A stretch of DNA of 25,715 nt from an uncultured virus (IMG/VR IMGVR_UViG_3300021426_000082) (Duplodnaviria; Heunggongvirae; Uroviricota; Caudoviricetes): IMG/VR virus record IMGVR_UViG_3300021426_000082; one strand, given 5' to 3'. Within the stretch, counting starts at the first letter, position 1. Each line of letters begins with the position of its first letter. Shown here one piece after another: positions 7,995-16,544 of the stretch. The notes beneath the pieces were generated by a model that worked only from the letters and a program-made list of their open reading frames with translations, made no database searches and was not told where the DNA came from. Both the position numbers and the translations under genes were made by a program.

Positions 7995-8031
7995 ATCCTT
8001 GTCGCAAGAAGCGATAAAGGATTATTTTTTT
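7995..8031 (+). terminator. Intrinsic terminator abutting the promoter
   Basis: ATCCTTGTCGC-AAGAA-GCGATAAAGGAT followed by TATTTTTTT. Confidence 0.6.
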
Positions 8032-8168
8032 GCCCAGATAATACAACATGTGGTAAGCAATAGCACAACGTATGAAATAACCGCCGATACAGGCCCATAC
8101 AAAGAGTTTTGCTTTCTGCGTGTGTATTTTGTAGGGCGCGAATGAAAACGCCTAATAATGGCAGTTGA

Positions 8169-8579
8169 ATGAAAGGAGGGGATATAAAACAAGCGTTCTA
8201 TATCAAAGGAGCATACTACAAAACACATACGTTTCCAGGGCTTAACGAATACATTGCGCAGTTGGGCCGACACCCAAAGGCTGGAAACAGAATGAAACAG
8301 GAAATGATGATGGTGGCGATCAATGCGATTCAGACCACACTTGGACGATGGAAAACGGAAAAGCCTGTAATTCTGCATTACCAGTTTTGCGAACCGATCA
8401 AAGGTCGGAAACGTGACGTAATGAATGTGTTTGCCTTCGCAGACAAGGTTATAGAAGATGCTCTTGTTAAGGTGGGGACGATACCTGACGACAACCCAGC
8501 GTATGTCAAGAACACAACGCATGAATTTGTTTACGGGTCCGAACCATATATTCTTGTCTGCATCGAGGAGCTTGCCTGA
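8169..8579 (+). CDS. rusA: RusA-family Holliday junction resolvase
   Basis: PGLNEY, RKRDVMNV...KVIEDALV..G.IPDD catalytic pattern. Confidence 0.85.
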   Translation: MKGGDIKQAFYIKGAYYKTHTFPGLNEYIAQLGRHPKAGNRMKQEMMMVAINAIQTTLGRWKTEKPVILHYQFCEPIKGRKRDVMNVFAFADKVIEDALVKVGTIPDDNPAYVKNTTHEFVYGSEPYILVCIEELA

Positions 8580-8620
8580 TGAGTACAACAAAGAATACAG
8601 ATTATAACAACGGAGGCTAT

Positions 8621-9298
8621 ATGAAAAGACTTTTGTTAATTCTTTTGGCGTGCTCGATGATCGTAACTCCCGTTCATGCTGATAACGCAAAACGGGGCAA
8701 AAAGCAGAAAACAAAAGAGCAGGTCGAGATTGAAAAGGCCGAGAACGAGAAGAAATACCGTGTCTATGATGACCATGGTGTAGAACTTAACTTGATTTTC
8801 AAGCATGGAAAGTATTCCAAAACACCTGCGGCGGATGTAAAGAGAAAAGCTCAGACAGTTTCCAGTGATACTAAATACCTGATTATGGCGGACCTGAGAT
8901 ATGGGCACATGTGCTTGTTTGTCTATCAGGGCAAGAAAGGAAAGAGAAAGCTGGTAAAAGCTGCGCCGTGTTCGTCAGCGGCAAATATCCCCGGCACAAA
9001 GACCACCAAAACGCCTGCCGGAAGTCACAAAATCGGGTGGAAGTCGGACAGACTGGTTTATACCAATCGTGAAGGTAAAAAATGGCAGTACTGGTCCTGT
9101 TCGATGACATGGCAAGGTTGGGGGATACATTCGCTAACCTACCACATGTATGCCAGATACAGATACGACAGAGCTTATCTGCTTGGCGGAAAGCTGGGTG
9201 CCCATAACTCCCCCGCCTGCATCCGCACTGAAAACAAGATGGCTGACTGGATATATAAACATTGCGGTCGCGGGACCGTGATTTACGTTATCAGATAG
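8621..9298 (+). CDS. Secreted L,D-transpeptidase (YkuD-family) domain protein
   Basis: SD GGAGG; signal peptide MKRLLLILLACSMIVTPVHA; TPAG, GIHS...LG..NSPACIR, WIY...GTVIYV. Confidence 0.8.
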   Translation: MKRLLLILLACSMIVTPVHADNAKRGKKQKTKEQVEIEKAENEKKYRVYDDHGVELNLIFKHGKYSKTPAADVKRKAQTVSSDTKYLIMADLRYGHMCLFVYQGKKGKRKLVKAAPCSSAANIPGTKTTKTPAGSHKIGWKSDRLVYTNREGKKWQYWSCSMTWQGWGIHSLTYHMYARYRYDRAYLLGGKLGAHNSPACIRTENKMADWIYKHCGRGTVIYVIR

Positions 9299-9306
9299 GA
9301 GAGGAA

Positions 9307-9636
9307 ATGGATTTAACGAGAGAGGATGCGCTGACGCTGTTCCGCATGATGTGGTCAGACATGCGGAACGAATTAGGAGATAATCCTAATATTTACCAGC
9401 GACTTGACTTCAAAGAAAAGTGGGTAAACGAGAAGTTTCCGTATAAGCGTGTAAGGTATGACTGCTTTCTGTGCGAATACGTCAAGCGCAAAGACATGGA
9501 TTCCTGTAAACGCTGTCCTATTGATTGGGGCCACGACGGAATATACGACAATGCCTGCGAAAAGCTGTGTGAGCCTGGTGTCGATTGGCGGAAAAGCCCT
9601 ATCAGCGAGATTCTTGCATTGCCTGAGAGGTGTTAA
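9307..9636 (+). CDS. Cys-rich hypothetical protein, tandem paralogue 1
   Basis: MDLTRE..WSDM..CFLCEY..C..CPIDWG..C..SPISEILALPER. Confidence 0.85.
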   Translation: MDLTREDALTLFRMMWSDMRNELGDNPNIYQRLDFKEKWVNEKFPYKRVRYDCFLCEYVKRKDMDSCKRCPIDWGHDGIYDNACEKLCEPGVDWRKSPISEILALPERC

Positions 9637-9639
9637 AAG

Positions 9640-9975
9640 ATGGACTTAACAAGAGAAGAAGCAATAAAGCTGCATCGGCAGATGTGGACTGACATGCAGA
9701 AAGAGTTAGGGAATCGTCCTACGCATCACAAACGGTTTCTTTATAAAGAGAAGTGGGTTTCGGAAGCGTTTCCTGACGAACGTATCATGTTTGACTGCTT
9801 CCTGTGCGAGTACGCAAAAGTGGATATCTACGGGAATTGCGACAAATGCCCTATAGATTGGGGCAAAGACAGATTCAGAAAAAACACATGCCAGAAAATC
9901 CGCTCAACAGGTACGGATTGGAGATACAGCCCTATCAGTGAAATCCTGGCACTGCCGGAAAGAGAGGATGTGTAG
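9640..9975 (+). CDS. Cys-rich hypothetical protein, tandem paralogue 2
   Basis: Same motif order as 9307..9636. Confidence 0.85.
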   Translation: MDLTREEAIKLHRQMWTDMQKELGNRPTHHKRFLYKEKWVSEAFPDERIMFDCFLCEYAKVDIYGNCDKCPIDWGKDRFRKNTCQKIRSTGTDWRYSPISEILALPEREDV

Positions 9976-10278
9976 ATGTACAAGGTCGAAACAGAATTTG
10001 GCACATACAATGTGTCGATTGAGACAAGTACCTATTATTGCGGAAACAATCTGGCAATCAGCCTGATTACGGAAGACGGCGAACCGTTTGCAATATTGTC
10101 GGTTAATCTTCCGGAATGGACGCTTCCTAATAACATAGCATTTGTCGATACCAATAACTGCCCCTGGGCGGAGAAATTTATTTCTGACAACAAGCTGGGC
10201 AGACCTACCGGAATGACAGGCACAAGCGGTTACTGTACTTACCCACTGTACAGATTCTACATGGAAAAGTTGAAGTAA
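9976..10278 (+). CDS. DUF4313-like protein
   Basis: EPFAILSVNL...AFVDTNNCPWAEKFI..NKLG.PTG..SGYCTYPLY.F signature. Confidence 0.7.
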   Translation: MYKVETEFGTYNVSIETSTYYCGNNLAISLITEDGEPFAILSVNLPEWTLPNNIAFVDTNNCPWAEKFISDNKLGRPTGMTGTSGYCTYPLYRFYMEKLK

Positions 10279-10374
10279 ATGATTATTAGGTTTTTAGAAG
10301 GATGTAACATTGAGGTTTATTGATTGGTTTATGATGATTTGATCCGCTCGTTCATTAAGGGGGAACACATATGA
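10279..10374 (+). pseudogene. Possible small gene interrupted by one in-frame TGA (10321-10323)
   Basis: ATG directly after the previous stop; ends in an ATGA overlap with the next gene. Confidence 0.3.
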
Positions 10375-10712
10375 GAAACAGACTGGTCGACGAACTTGAA
10401 GAGTATGTGGGTTATGTTCCGGAAGCGGAAGAAGAAAAGCCTGTTCCCGGATTGGAAATGCCGGAATATGAATACAACACATATGAGGTACTTGTAAAAG
10501 AAATAACAGAATACACCGTCAGGGTAAACGCAAAAAGTATGGATGACGCGCTTTCCTTTATTGCCGAAATGAAAGAGGATGTCGTTCGTGATCATAAGGC
10601 AGAAAAGTACAGCCTTATAAGCATGAAATCTCCTTACGCATATGAGGAAGATGGTAGCTGCGAATGGGCTGAATATGATTATCGCGTGCAATACGAGGAG
10701 GATGAGGAATGA
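10371..10712 (+). CDS. Very acidic hypothetical protein
   Basis: SD AAGGGGG; Glu-rich ORF. Confidence 0.7.
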   Translation: MRNRLVDELEEYVGYVPEAEEEKPVPGLEMPEYEYNTYEVLVKEITEYTVRVNAKSMDDALSFIAEMKEDVVRDHKAEKYSLISMKSPYAYEEDGSCEWAEYDYRVQYEEDEE

Positions 10713-10915
10713 AATACGATTTATGTGGGGTAGATGGTAACGCTTATGCAATTCTCGGTTACACGTCACGTGCTCTGAAACGTGAAGGTTTAAGACATCT
10801 TGTGGATCAGATGCACAAAGAGGCTATGTCAGGTGACTATGATCATCTGGTTGCAACGTGTATGGAATATATTGACATAGCAAACGAATCAGCAAGAGAG
10901 GAGGAAGAGGAATGA
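10709..10915 (+). CDS. Conserved phage hypothetical protein (GxDGNA..SGDY type)
   Basis: LCGVDGNAYAILG...AMSGDYDHL. Confidence 0.75.
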   Translation: MKYDLCGVDGNAYAILGYTSRALKREGLRHLVDQMHKEAMSGDYDHLVATCMEYIDIANESAREEEEE

Positions 10916-11256
10916 AAAAGAACATCATATTAACCGCGGTCCTGGTGGTATTGCTTGCATGGATGGTCGCGCCCGTGTTTGCTTCCGACATCGAACCCGA
11001 TGAGCCCGAACAGGTATACACATGGATTCAGGAGGGCGATTCCGTTTTTTGTTATATCAACAACGGTGGCTGGTCCGAGGCGGAAATGTTAGTCGGCTGG
11101 CACACTATTGATGGTGAGACATATTATTTTTATCCCCAGGAAATGGTAGATGCCAGATATGGGGAAATGGCAAAAGGTGAGGTTTGGATCGGTGCATGGG
11201 TTTGTTACTTTGACAACGAAGGTCATCTTACCGATTGCCAGAGAGGTGTATGGTAA
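10912..11256 (+). CDS. Secreted protein with cell-wall/choline-binding-type repeats
   Basis: Signal peptide MKKNIILTAVLVVLLAWMVAPVFA; GWHTIDGETYYF, MAKG..WIG..CYFDNEG. Confidence 0.7.
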   Translation: MKKNIILTAVLVVLLAWMVAPVFASDIEPDEPEQVYTWIQEGDSVFCYINNGGWSEAEMLVGWHTIDGETYYFYPQEMVDARYGEMAKGEVWIGAWVCYFDNEGHLTDCQRGVW

Positions 11257-11284
11257 CAACCGGAAAGAAAGGAGATTTTATCAA

Positions 11285-11512
11285 ATGAAAATTCTTGTAG
11301 AGGTTCCTACAAAATATGCAACCCTGTTTTCGTTTACGGCCATGGGAAACATGGGGGACGATAAGTTCTACGGCTTTTCTGATATTTTTGGGCTGGCAGC
11401 GGGAAACCACATCATTCTCAGGGAACACGAGGATGGTAAGGCAGAAGTCATCCAGAAAAAGCTCAAAGAGAAGGTAGCGTGGAGAGACGGTATTGACGAT
11501 GGAAAAAAATAG
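11285..11512 (+). CDS. Hypothetical protein
   Basis: SD AAGGAG before ATG 11285. Confidence 0.65.
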   Translation: MKILVEVPTKYATLFSFTAMGNMGDDKFYGFSDIFGLAAGNHIILREHEDGKAEVIQKKLKEKVAWRDGIDDGKK

Positions 11513-11732
11513 TATCCTGTTCGCTTTCAATGATGATGCAACACTATCCTACGAAGTGGAAGGGGACATAAGCGCGGACGGTGTTATGAACGCGCTTGCG
11601 ATACTTGCCGTTAAAAGCTCAATGCAGAGCGGGATCAGTGTTAAAGACATCATGGAAACCTGCTTGAAAGAGTACGTCCCGAACGCTATGTTGCAGCTTA
11701 TGATCATGCCGGAGGTGATAGAGGATGCTTGA
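11493..11732 (+). CDS. Hypothetical protein
   Basis: ORF track; overlaps neighbours. Confidence 0.6.
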   Translation: MTMEKNSILFAFNDDATLSYEVEGDISADGVMNALAILAVKSSMQSGISVKDIMETCLKEYVPNAMLQLMIMPEVIEDA

Positions 11733-11904
11733 CCTGCTTACGGTGACATATGACACGGACAAAAAAGAGATAAGCGTGATAGACAGTAAACACAATGTTC
11801 AGTCTTATGTAGGCGAAAAGGCTGAAATACTTTATGAACTGCTGAAACATGTTGATAGGTGCAGGAACCTGACGGTTCACAGAAAAGGGGGCATTGATGA
11901 TTGA
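11725..11904 (+). CDS. Hypothetical protein (59 aa, MLDLLTVTYD...)
   Basis: Translated by hand; SD GGAGG. Confidence 0.6.
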   Translation: MLDLLTVTYDTDKKEISVIDSKHNVQSYVGEKAEILYELLKHVDRCRNLTVHRKGGIDD

Positions 11905-12331
11905 TAGTATCATCGGCATTGGCTTCGGGATACTGATAGGTAGTTTTGGAACGATATTTGCATTATCGATGGCAAATGCAGCAAGTGACAGAGATGACAA
12001 AGTAAGACACAAGATTCATTCGGAGGGAACAAAATTGAATAAGGATATTAATTACACACTCATGGCTATTGTACCTGTACTGCAGAAGAACGGTGAAAAG
12101 GTTGTAAAGATCGAGGCGGTCCAGGACTGGTATAAGGTCAATGGGCGTGAGTTCATGAAGGAAGTCGCAGAAATCACGTTTGAAAGCGGATACCAGATTT
12201 ATGCCGACATCGGTTCTGACAGTAACCTGGCTGCGGTATATGACGTGCTTGCGGTCATTCTCTATCTCAAAGACAGGAGTGAAAAGATCGAGAGGATTGT
12301 CAGGGATGTATATCCTATGCCGGAGGGCTGA
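11894..12331 (+). CDS. Hypothetical protein with N-terminal TM segment (DUF3789-like) fused to a soluble domain
   Basis: IIGIGFGILIGSFGTIFALSMANAAS; internal SD plus in-frame TTG at 12035. Confidence 0.65.
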   Translation: MMIDSIIGIGFGILIGSFGTIFALSMANAASDRDDKVRHKIHSEGTKLNKDINYTLMAIVPVLQKNGEKVVKIEAVQDWYKVNGREFMKEVAEITFESGYQIYADIGSDSNLAAVYDVLAVILYLKDRSEKIERIVRDVYPMPEG

Positions 12332-12333
12332 CC

Positions 12334-12564
12334 GTGAAAACCAATGCGGCCAAAAAGCGAATCAAAGCATACAGAAAACGTCGAAAGAAAGCTCATCGAA
12401 TCATTCAACCCCAGGAATGTGATTACCAGTTGATTGACGGTAATTACTCAAAATATATAGTTGGCTACTGTGGTTATCGTAAAGGCTATTTAACACTTGG
12501 CCTTTACGACACCCACAAATGCCACAAGTGCAAATCATACAAAGAACTGTCCGGAGAATTGTAA
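12334..12564 (+). CDS. Basic Cys/His hypothetical protein
   Basis: SD GGAGG, GTG start. Confidence 0.6.
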   Translation: MKTNAAKKRIKAYRKRRKKAHRIIQPQECDYQLIDGNYSKYIVGYCGYRKGYLTLGLYDTHKCHKCKSYKELSGEL

Positions 12565-12842
12565 TGGTAAATTTTAACGCTAATGATTCATGTGATATGA
12601 AACTTCTTTCAACTGCTATGTTTTGCGGAACAGAGGTTCACATTGTCCCGGTTGAATATGTCGGAACAGCATATATATCAAGAAGGCGCAGACACAAGAA
12701 AAGAAGGACAGATAAGAAGTGGCTCAAAAGATACGGCTATGTGCAAAGGTATCGTGATGACAAGGTACTTATGGTCAACGGCTGTTTATGGATGACAAGG
12801 AACATATACGAAAGGTTAAAAAAGATGCGCGCTGAATGTTAA
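12564..12842 (+). CDS. Basic hypothetical protein (RHKKRR..KKWLKRYG)
   Basis: TAATG overlap; SD GGAG. Confidence 0.7.
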   Translation: MVNFNANDSCDMKLLSTAMFCGTEVHIVPVEYVGTAYISRRRRHKKRRTDKKWLKRYGYVQRYRDDKVLMVNGCLWMTRNIYERLKKMRAEC

Positions 12843-12857
12843 GGATGTGAGGAAAGA

Positions 12858-13055
12858 ATGGAAAAGTTTATAGCATGGTATAAAAACAGATGGGACTGCA
12901 TTTTTTGCGGTGTTGATATTCCGTTCATGGATTACATGTTTTGTATTTCTTCCATACCGGTTGTCGTAGTGATTATTGTTCTGCTTTTAGTTTCTTTTCC
13001 GGTATGGGCTATACCCTACATGATCATGATAACAAGGAGGAATAACAATGAGTGA
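12858..13055 (+). CDS. Small membrane protein
   Basis: Long hydrophobic stretch. Confidence 0.65.
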   Translation: MEKFIAWYKNRWDCIFCGVDIPFMDYMFCISSIPVVVVIIVLLLVSFPVWAIPYMIMITRRNNNE

Positions 13056-13524
13056 TATGTATGTCTTTGTAGACAGAATAAACAAAATGCTTGAACGAAG
13101 AAGAATGACGCAGAGAGAGCTGGCAGAGAAGATCGGCAAGACAGAAGTGAGTGTCAGCAGATACGTTTCCGGCCAGAGAGTGCCGAAGGCAACGGTTCTT
13201 TTGAAGATAGCACAGGCACTCGATGTGCAGGCTGATTATCTGATTGGCAACGATTCCTGGTTTGATTGCGGGGAAGTGGTTGATCCTGATGACCGTGGCG
13301 GCTGCGAATGGTGCAATCCGGAGAGGAGGGATTGGAAATCATCGGAAATCCCGGTCAATGCAGGAGACTTCGGGAAGTATTTAATGAACATTTACATCAG
13401 CAATCAGGCGATATGTGTTGAGATTGGAAAAGAACAGGAAGAACCCATTATGACCGTTTATTCCAGAAAAATAAAATATTGCCCGTACTGCGGGAGAAAG
13501 TTGGGTAAGAACCATGGTCAGTGA
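13048..13524 (+). CDS. XRE/Cro-CI HTH regulator fused to a Zn-ribbon module
   Basis: MTQRELAEKIGKTEVSVSRYVSGQRVP..IAQALDVQADYLIG; C-terminal CEWC...YCPYCGRKL. Confidence 0.85.
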   Translation: MSDMYVFVDRINKMLERRRMTQRELAEKIGKTEVSVSRYVSGQRVPKATVLLKIAQALDVQADYLIGNDSWFDCGEVVDPDDRGGCEWCNPERRDWKSSEIPVNAGDFGKYLMNIYISNQAICVEIGKEQEEPIMTVYSRKIKYCPYCGRKLGKNHGQ

Positions 13525-13744
13525 CAGAGAGCTTTCAGTGCATCAGGTCCGCGACAGCAAAAATCAATACATGATCATACAATCTCAATACCTTGACGAC
13601 CCGGCATTTACATTAGATCAGGAAAAGGCGTTGCATGAGATTGCCAGAGCGATGCTGATTGCGAACCGCAAACGTGAAGCAGAAAAACGCAAGAGAGAAA
13701 AGGCAAGAGAGAGGAAGAGAGATGAAAAAGTCAAAGAGGTATGA
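13514..13744 (+). CDS. Hypothetical protein
   Basis: ORF track; overlapping junctions. Confidence 0.6.
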   Translation: MVSDRELSVHQVRDSKNQYMIIQSQYLDDPAFTLDQEKALHEIARAMLIANRKREAEKRKREKARERKRDEKVKEV

Positions 13745-14159
13745 ACCGCTCCATATCCTGTGTCACAACGGGTGGAAGTGGCTGTGCTATGACAGTGAAA
13801 AGCTCAGTACAACAACAGATTATGAACAGTATGCCGCGGATTTTTTGGGTTACGGCTATTCAAGTACAGTAGTAGCGATTGTCTCACAAAGGCCGGAACA
13901 CTTAGAACTTGACGGACATTACGGCGTGCTGTGGCTTGAGGCTGTATATGAGAATGAGCGCAATGGCTGTTTATCATGGGGCGATATGGAAGATATGATG
14001 GGCGCTATTGAATGTGCAGAAGAAAACCTGCTTATGTGCGGTATGCCTTTTACTCCCGGCTATAAGTTTCACGGCAGGAACAGCGCAAACGCGAAGCGCA
14101 GAAATGACAAGCTACGAAGGCTTTATAATCTGGCGGAAATTGAGGAACGAGATTGTTAG
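13722..14159 (+). CDS. Hypothetical protein
   Basis: SD GAGGA before ATG 13722. Confidence 0.7.
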   Translation: MKKSKRYEPLHILCHNGWKWLCYDSEKLSTTTDYEQYAADFLGYGYSSTVVAIVSQRPEHLELDGHYGVLWLEAVYENERNGCLSWGDMEDMMGAIECAEENLLMCGMPFTPGYKFHGRNSANAKRRNDKLRRLYNLAEIEERDC

Positions 14160-14179
14160 AAACAACATTAGGGGGAACA

Positions 14180-14542
14180 ATGAAGTTTTATCTGGAAATT
14201 GACAAAAAGCCGGATAACTGCCCTAAGTGCAGATATATGGACGGGGCGGGAGATTGCCCGTTTTTAAAAAACAGCGGGGATTATAAAACGTTTGAGGAAC
14301 AATATGATCATTGCCCTATTGTAGAGGAAAAATTATACAGGAGAGGAAACATGCCTTTAGACAGTGTAAAAGAAGTGAAATACGCAACCACTGACGGAAC
14401 AACAATTACAGAATACACATTAGATAAAGTCGAACTCAAAGAACATGGCCATAAGAAAACAAAGATTACTATTGAGATGGCGGACGACGTAGACTACATC
14501 AGCATTGACGGAATCACAATAAACAGGAAAGAGAATGGATAA
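14180..14542 (+). CDS. Cys-rich hypothetical protein, probable in-frame fusion of two small genes
   Basis: PDNCPKC..CP..CP module, then internal SD AGGAGAGG plus ATG at 14351. Confidence 0.65.
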   Translation: MKFYLEIDKKPDNCPKCRYMDGAGDCPFLKNSGDYKTFEEQYDHCPIVEEKLYRRGNMPLDSVKEVKYATTDGTTITEYTLDKVELKEHGHKKTKITIEMADDVDYISIDGITINRKENG

Positions 14543-14819
14543 ACTGATTTCACAGCAAGCTGCGATTGATGCGCTCATGGAAAGATTTAAACGTGTTCCG
14601 ACAAACGCAATTATCGCAAAGGACACAATTAAGAATTTGCCATCCGTACAGCCAGAACGTATTAAGGGACATTGGATTGCAATAACGTCATGGAATAATA
14701 CTTATAAATGCTCTGTGTGCGGAAGGCTTCTCGTCAATATTACGGATGGCAAAAACAAAGTCGCAAAGAATTATCCGTATTGCCACTGCGGTGCAGATAA
14801 TAGAGGTAAAACAGAATGA
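14535..14819 (+). CDS. Conserved phage Zn-ribbon hypothetical protein
   Basis: LISQQAAID..LPSVQPER.KGHWI..CSVCG..YCHCGA. Confidence 0.8.
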   Translation: MDKLISQQAAIDALMERFKRVPTNAIIAKDTIKNLPSVQPERIKGHWIAITSWNNTYKCSVCGRLLVNITDGKNKVAKNYPYCHCGADNRGKTE

Positions 14820-15211
14820 AGTATATAGCAGTATTCGATTTGCCGGAGGGATACAAAATGGGATGTGCCTGTGGCAAAATGATAAATCCAGAGGGCAAAG
14901 AGGTATATCAGCCGGAAGATTTTGAGAATGTCTACGCACAGGTCGAGCCGCTTTCTGAAAAGGGAGCAGAGGTATTTGAAAGATTTAACACTGTCACAAG
15001 AATCTTGCAAGACTTAGGCGTTGGTTGTGCTTACGATATGCCGAGTTTCTGGTGCAATAGCGGGAAGGATTACAAGGTAATTCCCACAAAGTATCATCAA
15101 GGGTATATGAAGGCACTGGAGGATGTCGAGAAAGATATTAGAAAGCGGTTTGGCTTTTCTGAAAGAGAAAACGTTATTTACCCGCCCTTCGAAATGATAG
15201 GAGAGCAATAA
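14816..15211 (+). CDS. Hypothetical protein sharing its N-terminus with 15740..16135
   Basis: MKYIAVFDLPEGY..GC. Confidence 0.75.
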   Translation: MKYIAVFDLPEGYKMGCACGKMINPEGKEVYQPEDFENVYAQVEPLSEKGAEVFERFNTVTRILQDLGVGCAYDMPSFWCNSGKDYKVIPTKYHQGYMKALEDVEKDIRKRFGFSERENVIYPPFEMIGEQ

Positions 15212-15381
15212 TGACAGTACCAATCACAGGTGACATCTTAACTGATGTCCTGACGCTCTTGGCTATTGCATGGGTCGGAGCGATCCTGCTACTCCCTGTT
15301 GGTCAGTGGATTGCTTACAAGCGGGATTGCAAAAAACATGGCAAAGAGCAGGCAGACGAAATATGGAGAAGAATGAGGTGA
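15211..15381 (+). CDS. Small membrane protein (56 aa, MTVPITGD...)
   Basis: Translated by hand; SD AGGAG; TAATG overlap; one TM segment. Confidence 0.65.
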   Translation: MTVPITGDILTDVLTLLAIAWVGAILLLPVGQWIAYKRDCKKHGKEQADEIWRRMR

Positions 15382-15386
15382 GAAGG

Positions 15387-15743
15387 ATGAGAAGCAGCAT
15401 TTATAGATTTTTATCAATCTGTCTCGAACTGGCGGACTTAGTAGACGAAAACGGCGGTGCCGGTCATGAAGTCTACAACAAGCAGTTAGGCATTGGATAC
15501 CGGGTACTGTCCAGCTATCTGCGTAAAGGTGTGCAGGAAGTTATTGACCTGCGGGCAAAATACTACGGTGCAATAGCATCAAAAAACCTTGCTGAAATCG
15601 GGGAAAAAGAAGCACATGATTTCCTGGAAGATGTATTCGGGGACAGAGAACCGTATACGATCAACGATGAAGATAAAAAACGGATTAAGGCGTTCGTAAA
15701 GAGCATTATGGACGAATGGGATAAGGAGTGTGTTGACGAATGA
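15387..15743 (+). CDS. Hypothetical protein
   Basis: SD GAGGTG before ATG 15387. Confidence 0.7.
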   Translation: MRSSIYRFLSICLELADLVDENGGAGHEVYNKQLGIGYRVLSSYLRKGVQEVIDLRAKYYGAIASKNLAEIGEKEAHDFLEDVFGDREPYTINDEDKKRIKAFVKSIMDEWDKECVDE

Positions 15744-16135
15744 GATACATAGCAGTATTTGACATTCCTGACGATTACGGCTATGGCTGTCCAATAGTCA
15801 AGGCGTGTCCCAATGATGGGAAGGCCAGGAGCGATGCAGAGCATGACACGATCTTTGCGAAGCAGATGGTCAAGATGGACGAGTTTCAGAAGCCAAAAAC
15901 CATTGAAGCTGATTTTTACCGCAGAAACACATTAGACCATATGGAAGCAGCAGGGTACGCAAAGGCGACAACTGATCGGCTGAAAGACCCTGAGAACGTG
16001 TGGAAAGAAACAGTAAGAATCAACACAACGAAAGGAACAAGTGGAGCTTATCAGAGGTGGGCTTTTTATGTAGGTCAGCTTTACCTGTTGGACACGATCA
16101 AAAAGATGCAGGAAACATACATTGGATTGTCGTGA
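15740..16135 (+). CDS. Hypothetical protein sharing its N-terminus with 14816..15211
   Basis: MRYIAVFDIPDDYGYGC. Confidence 0.75.
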   Translation: MRYIAVFDIPDDYGYGCPIVKACPNDGKARSDAEHDTIFAKQMVKMDEFQKPKTIEADFYRRNTLDHMEAAGYAKATTDRLKDPENVWKETVRINTTKGTSGAYQRWAFYVGQLYLLDTIKKMQETYIGLS

Positions 16136-16173
16136 ATTGTTCGGGATTTCCGAACAGTTGAGGGGTGAAGCAG

Positions 16174-16356
16174 ATGGAAATGCAGACAGTTGATGGGATT
16201 GAAATATTTTGCCTTCCCGATAACGCAGTATGTTATGCAAGTGACGGGCATGTTTCGCCGGAGAAATTATTGCGCTGTCCAATGGGCCATGCTTACTGCT
16301 GTCCAGAATGTTGCGAAAATTATGATGAAGTGGATTTGAGAGGAGAGCAGGAATGA
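16174..16356 (+). CDS. Small Cys-rich protein
   Basis: SD GGGGTG; CP..CCPECC; ends GEQE. Confidence 0.65.
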   Translation: MEMQTVDGIEIFCLPDNAVCYASDGHVSPEKLLRCPMGHAYCCPECCENYDEVDLRGEQE

Positions 16357-16544
16357 ACATTGTTTTTCGCTTTAAAGACGGATTTGAGTTGCCTGTTGAG
16401 TGCGAATCTTTTAAGTGCAGTACCAATGAAATGACAGGGGAAATCAGCAGCTATAAAATCAGCGGTATCACAAATAACAAACCGCTTTTTATGCGTATGG
16501 AAGATATTGTGTGCATCTGGAGAAAAGGCGGAGAGCAAGAATGA
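16353..16544 (+). CDS. Hypothetical protein
   Basis: Junction-motif SD; ends GEQE. Confidence 0.7.
   Translation: MNIVFRFKDGFELPVECESFKCSTNEMTGEISSYKISGITNNKPLFMRMEDIVCIWRKGGEQE

Noticed and set aside
9307..9975. Diversity-generating retroelement TR/VR pair
   Set aside because: No reverse transcriptase is in the window, both copies are intact ORFs, and differences are not restricted to adenines.
10321..10323. Genome-wide stop-codon recoding (TGA readthrough)
   Set aside because: TGA, TAA and TAG all act as normal stops at tight gene overlaps, and long genes are intact under code 11.
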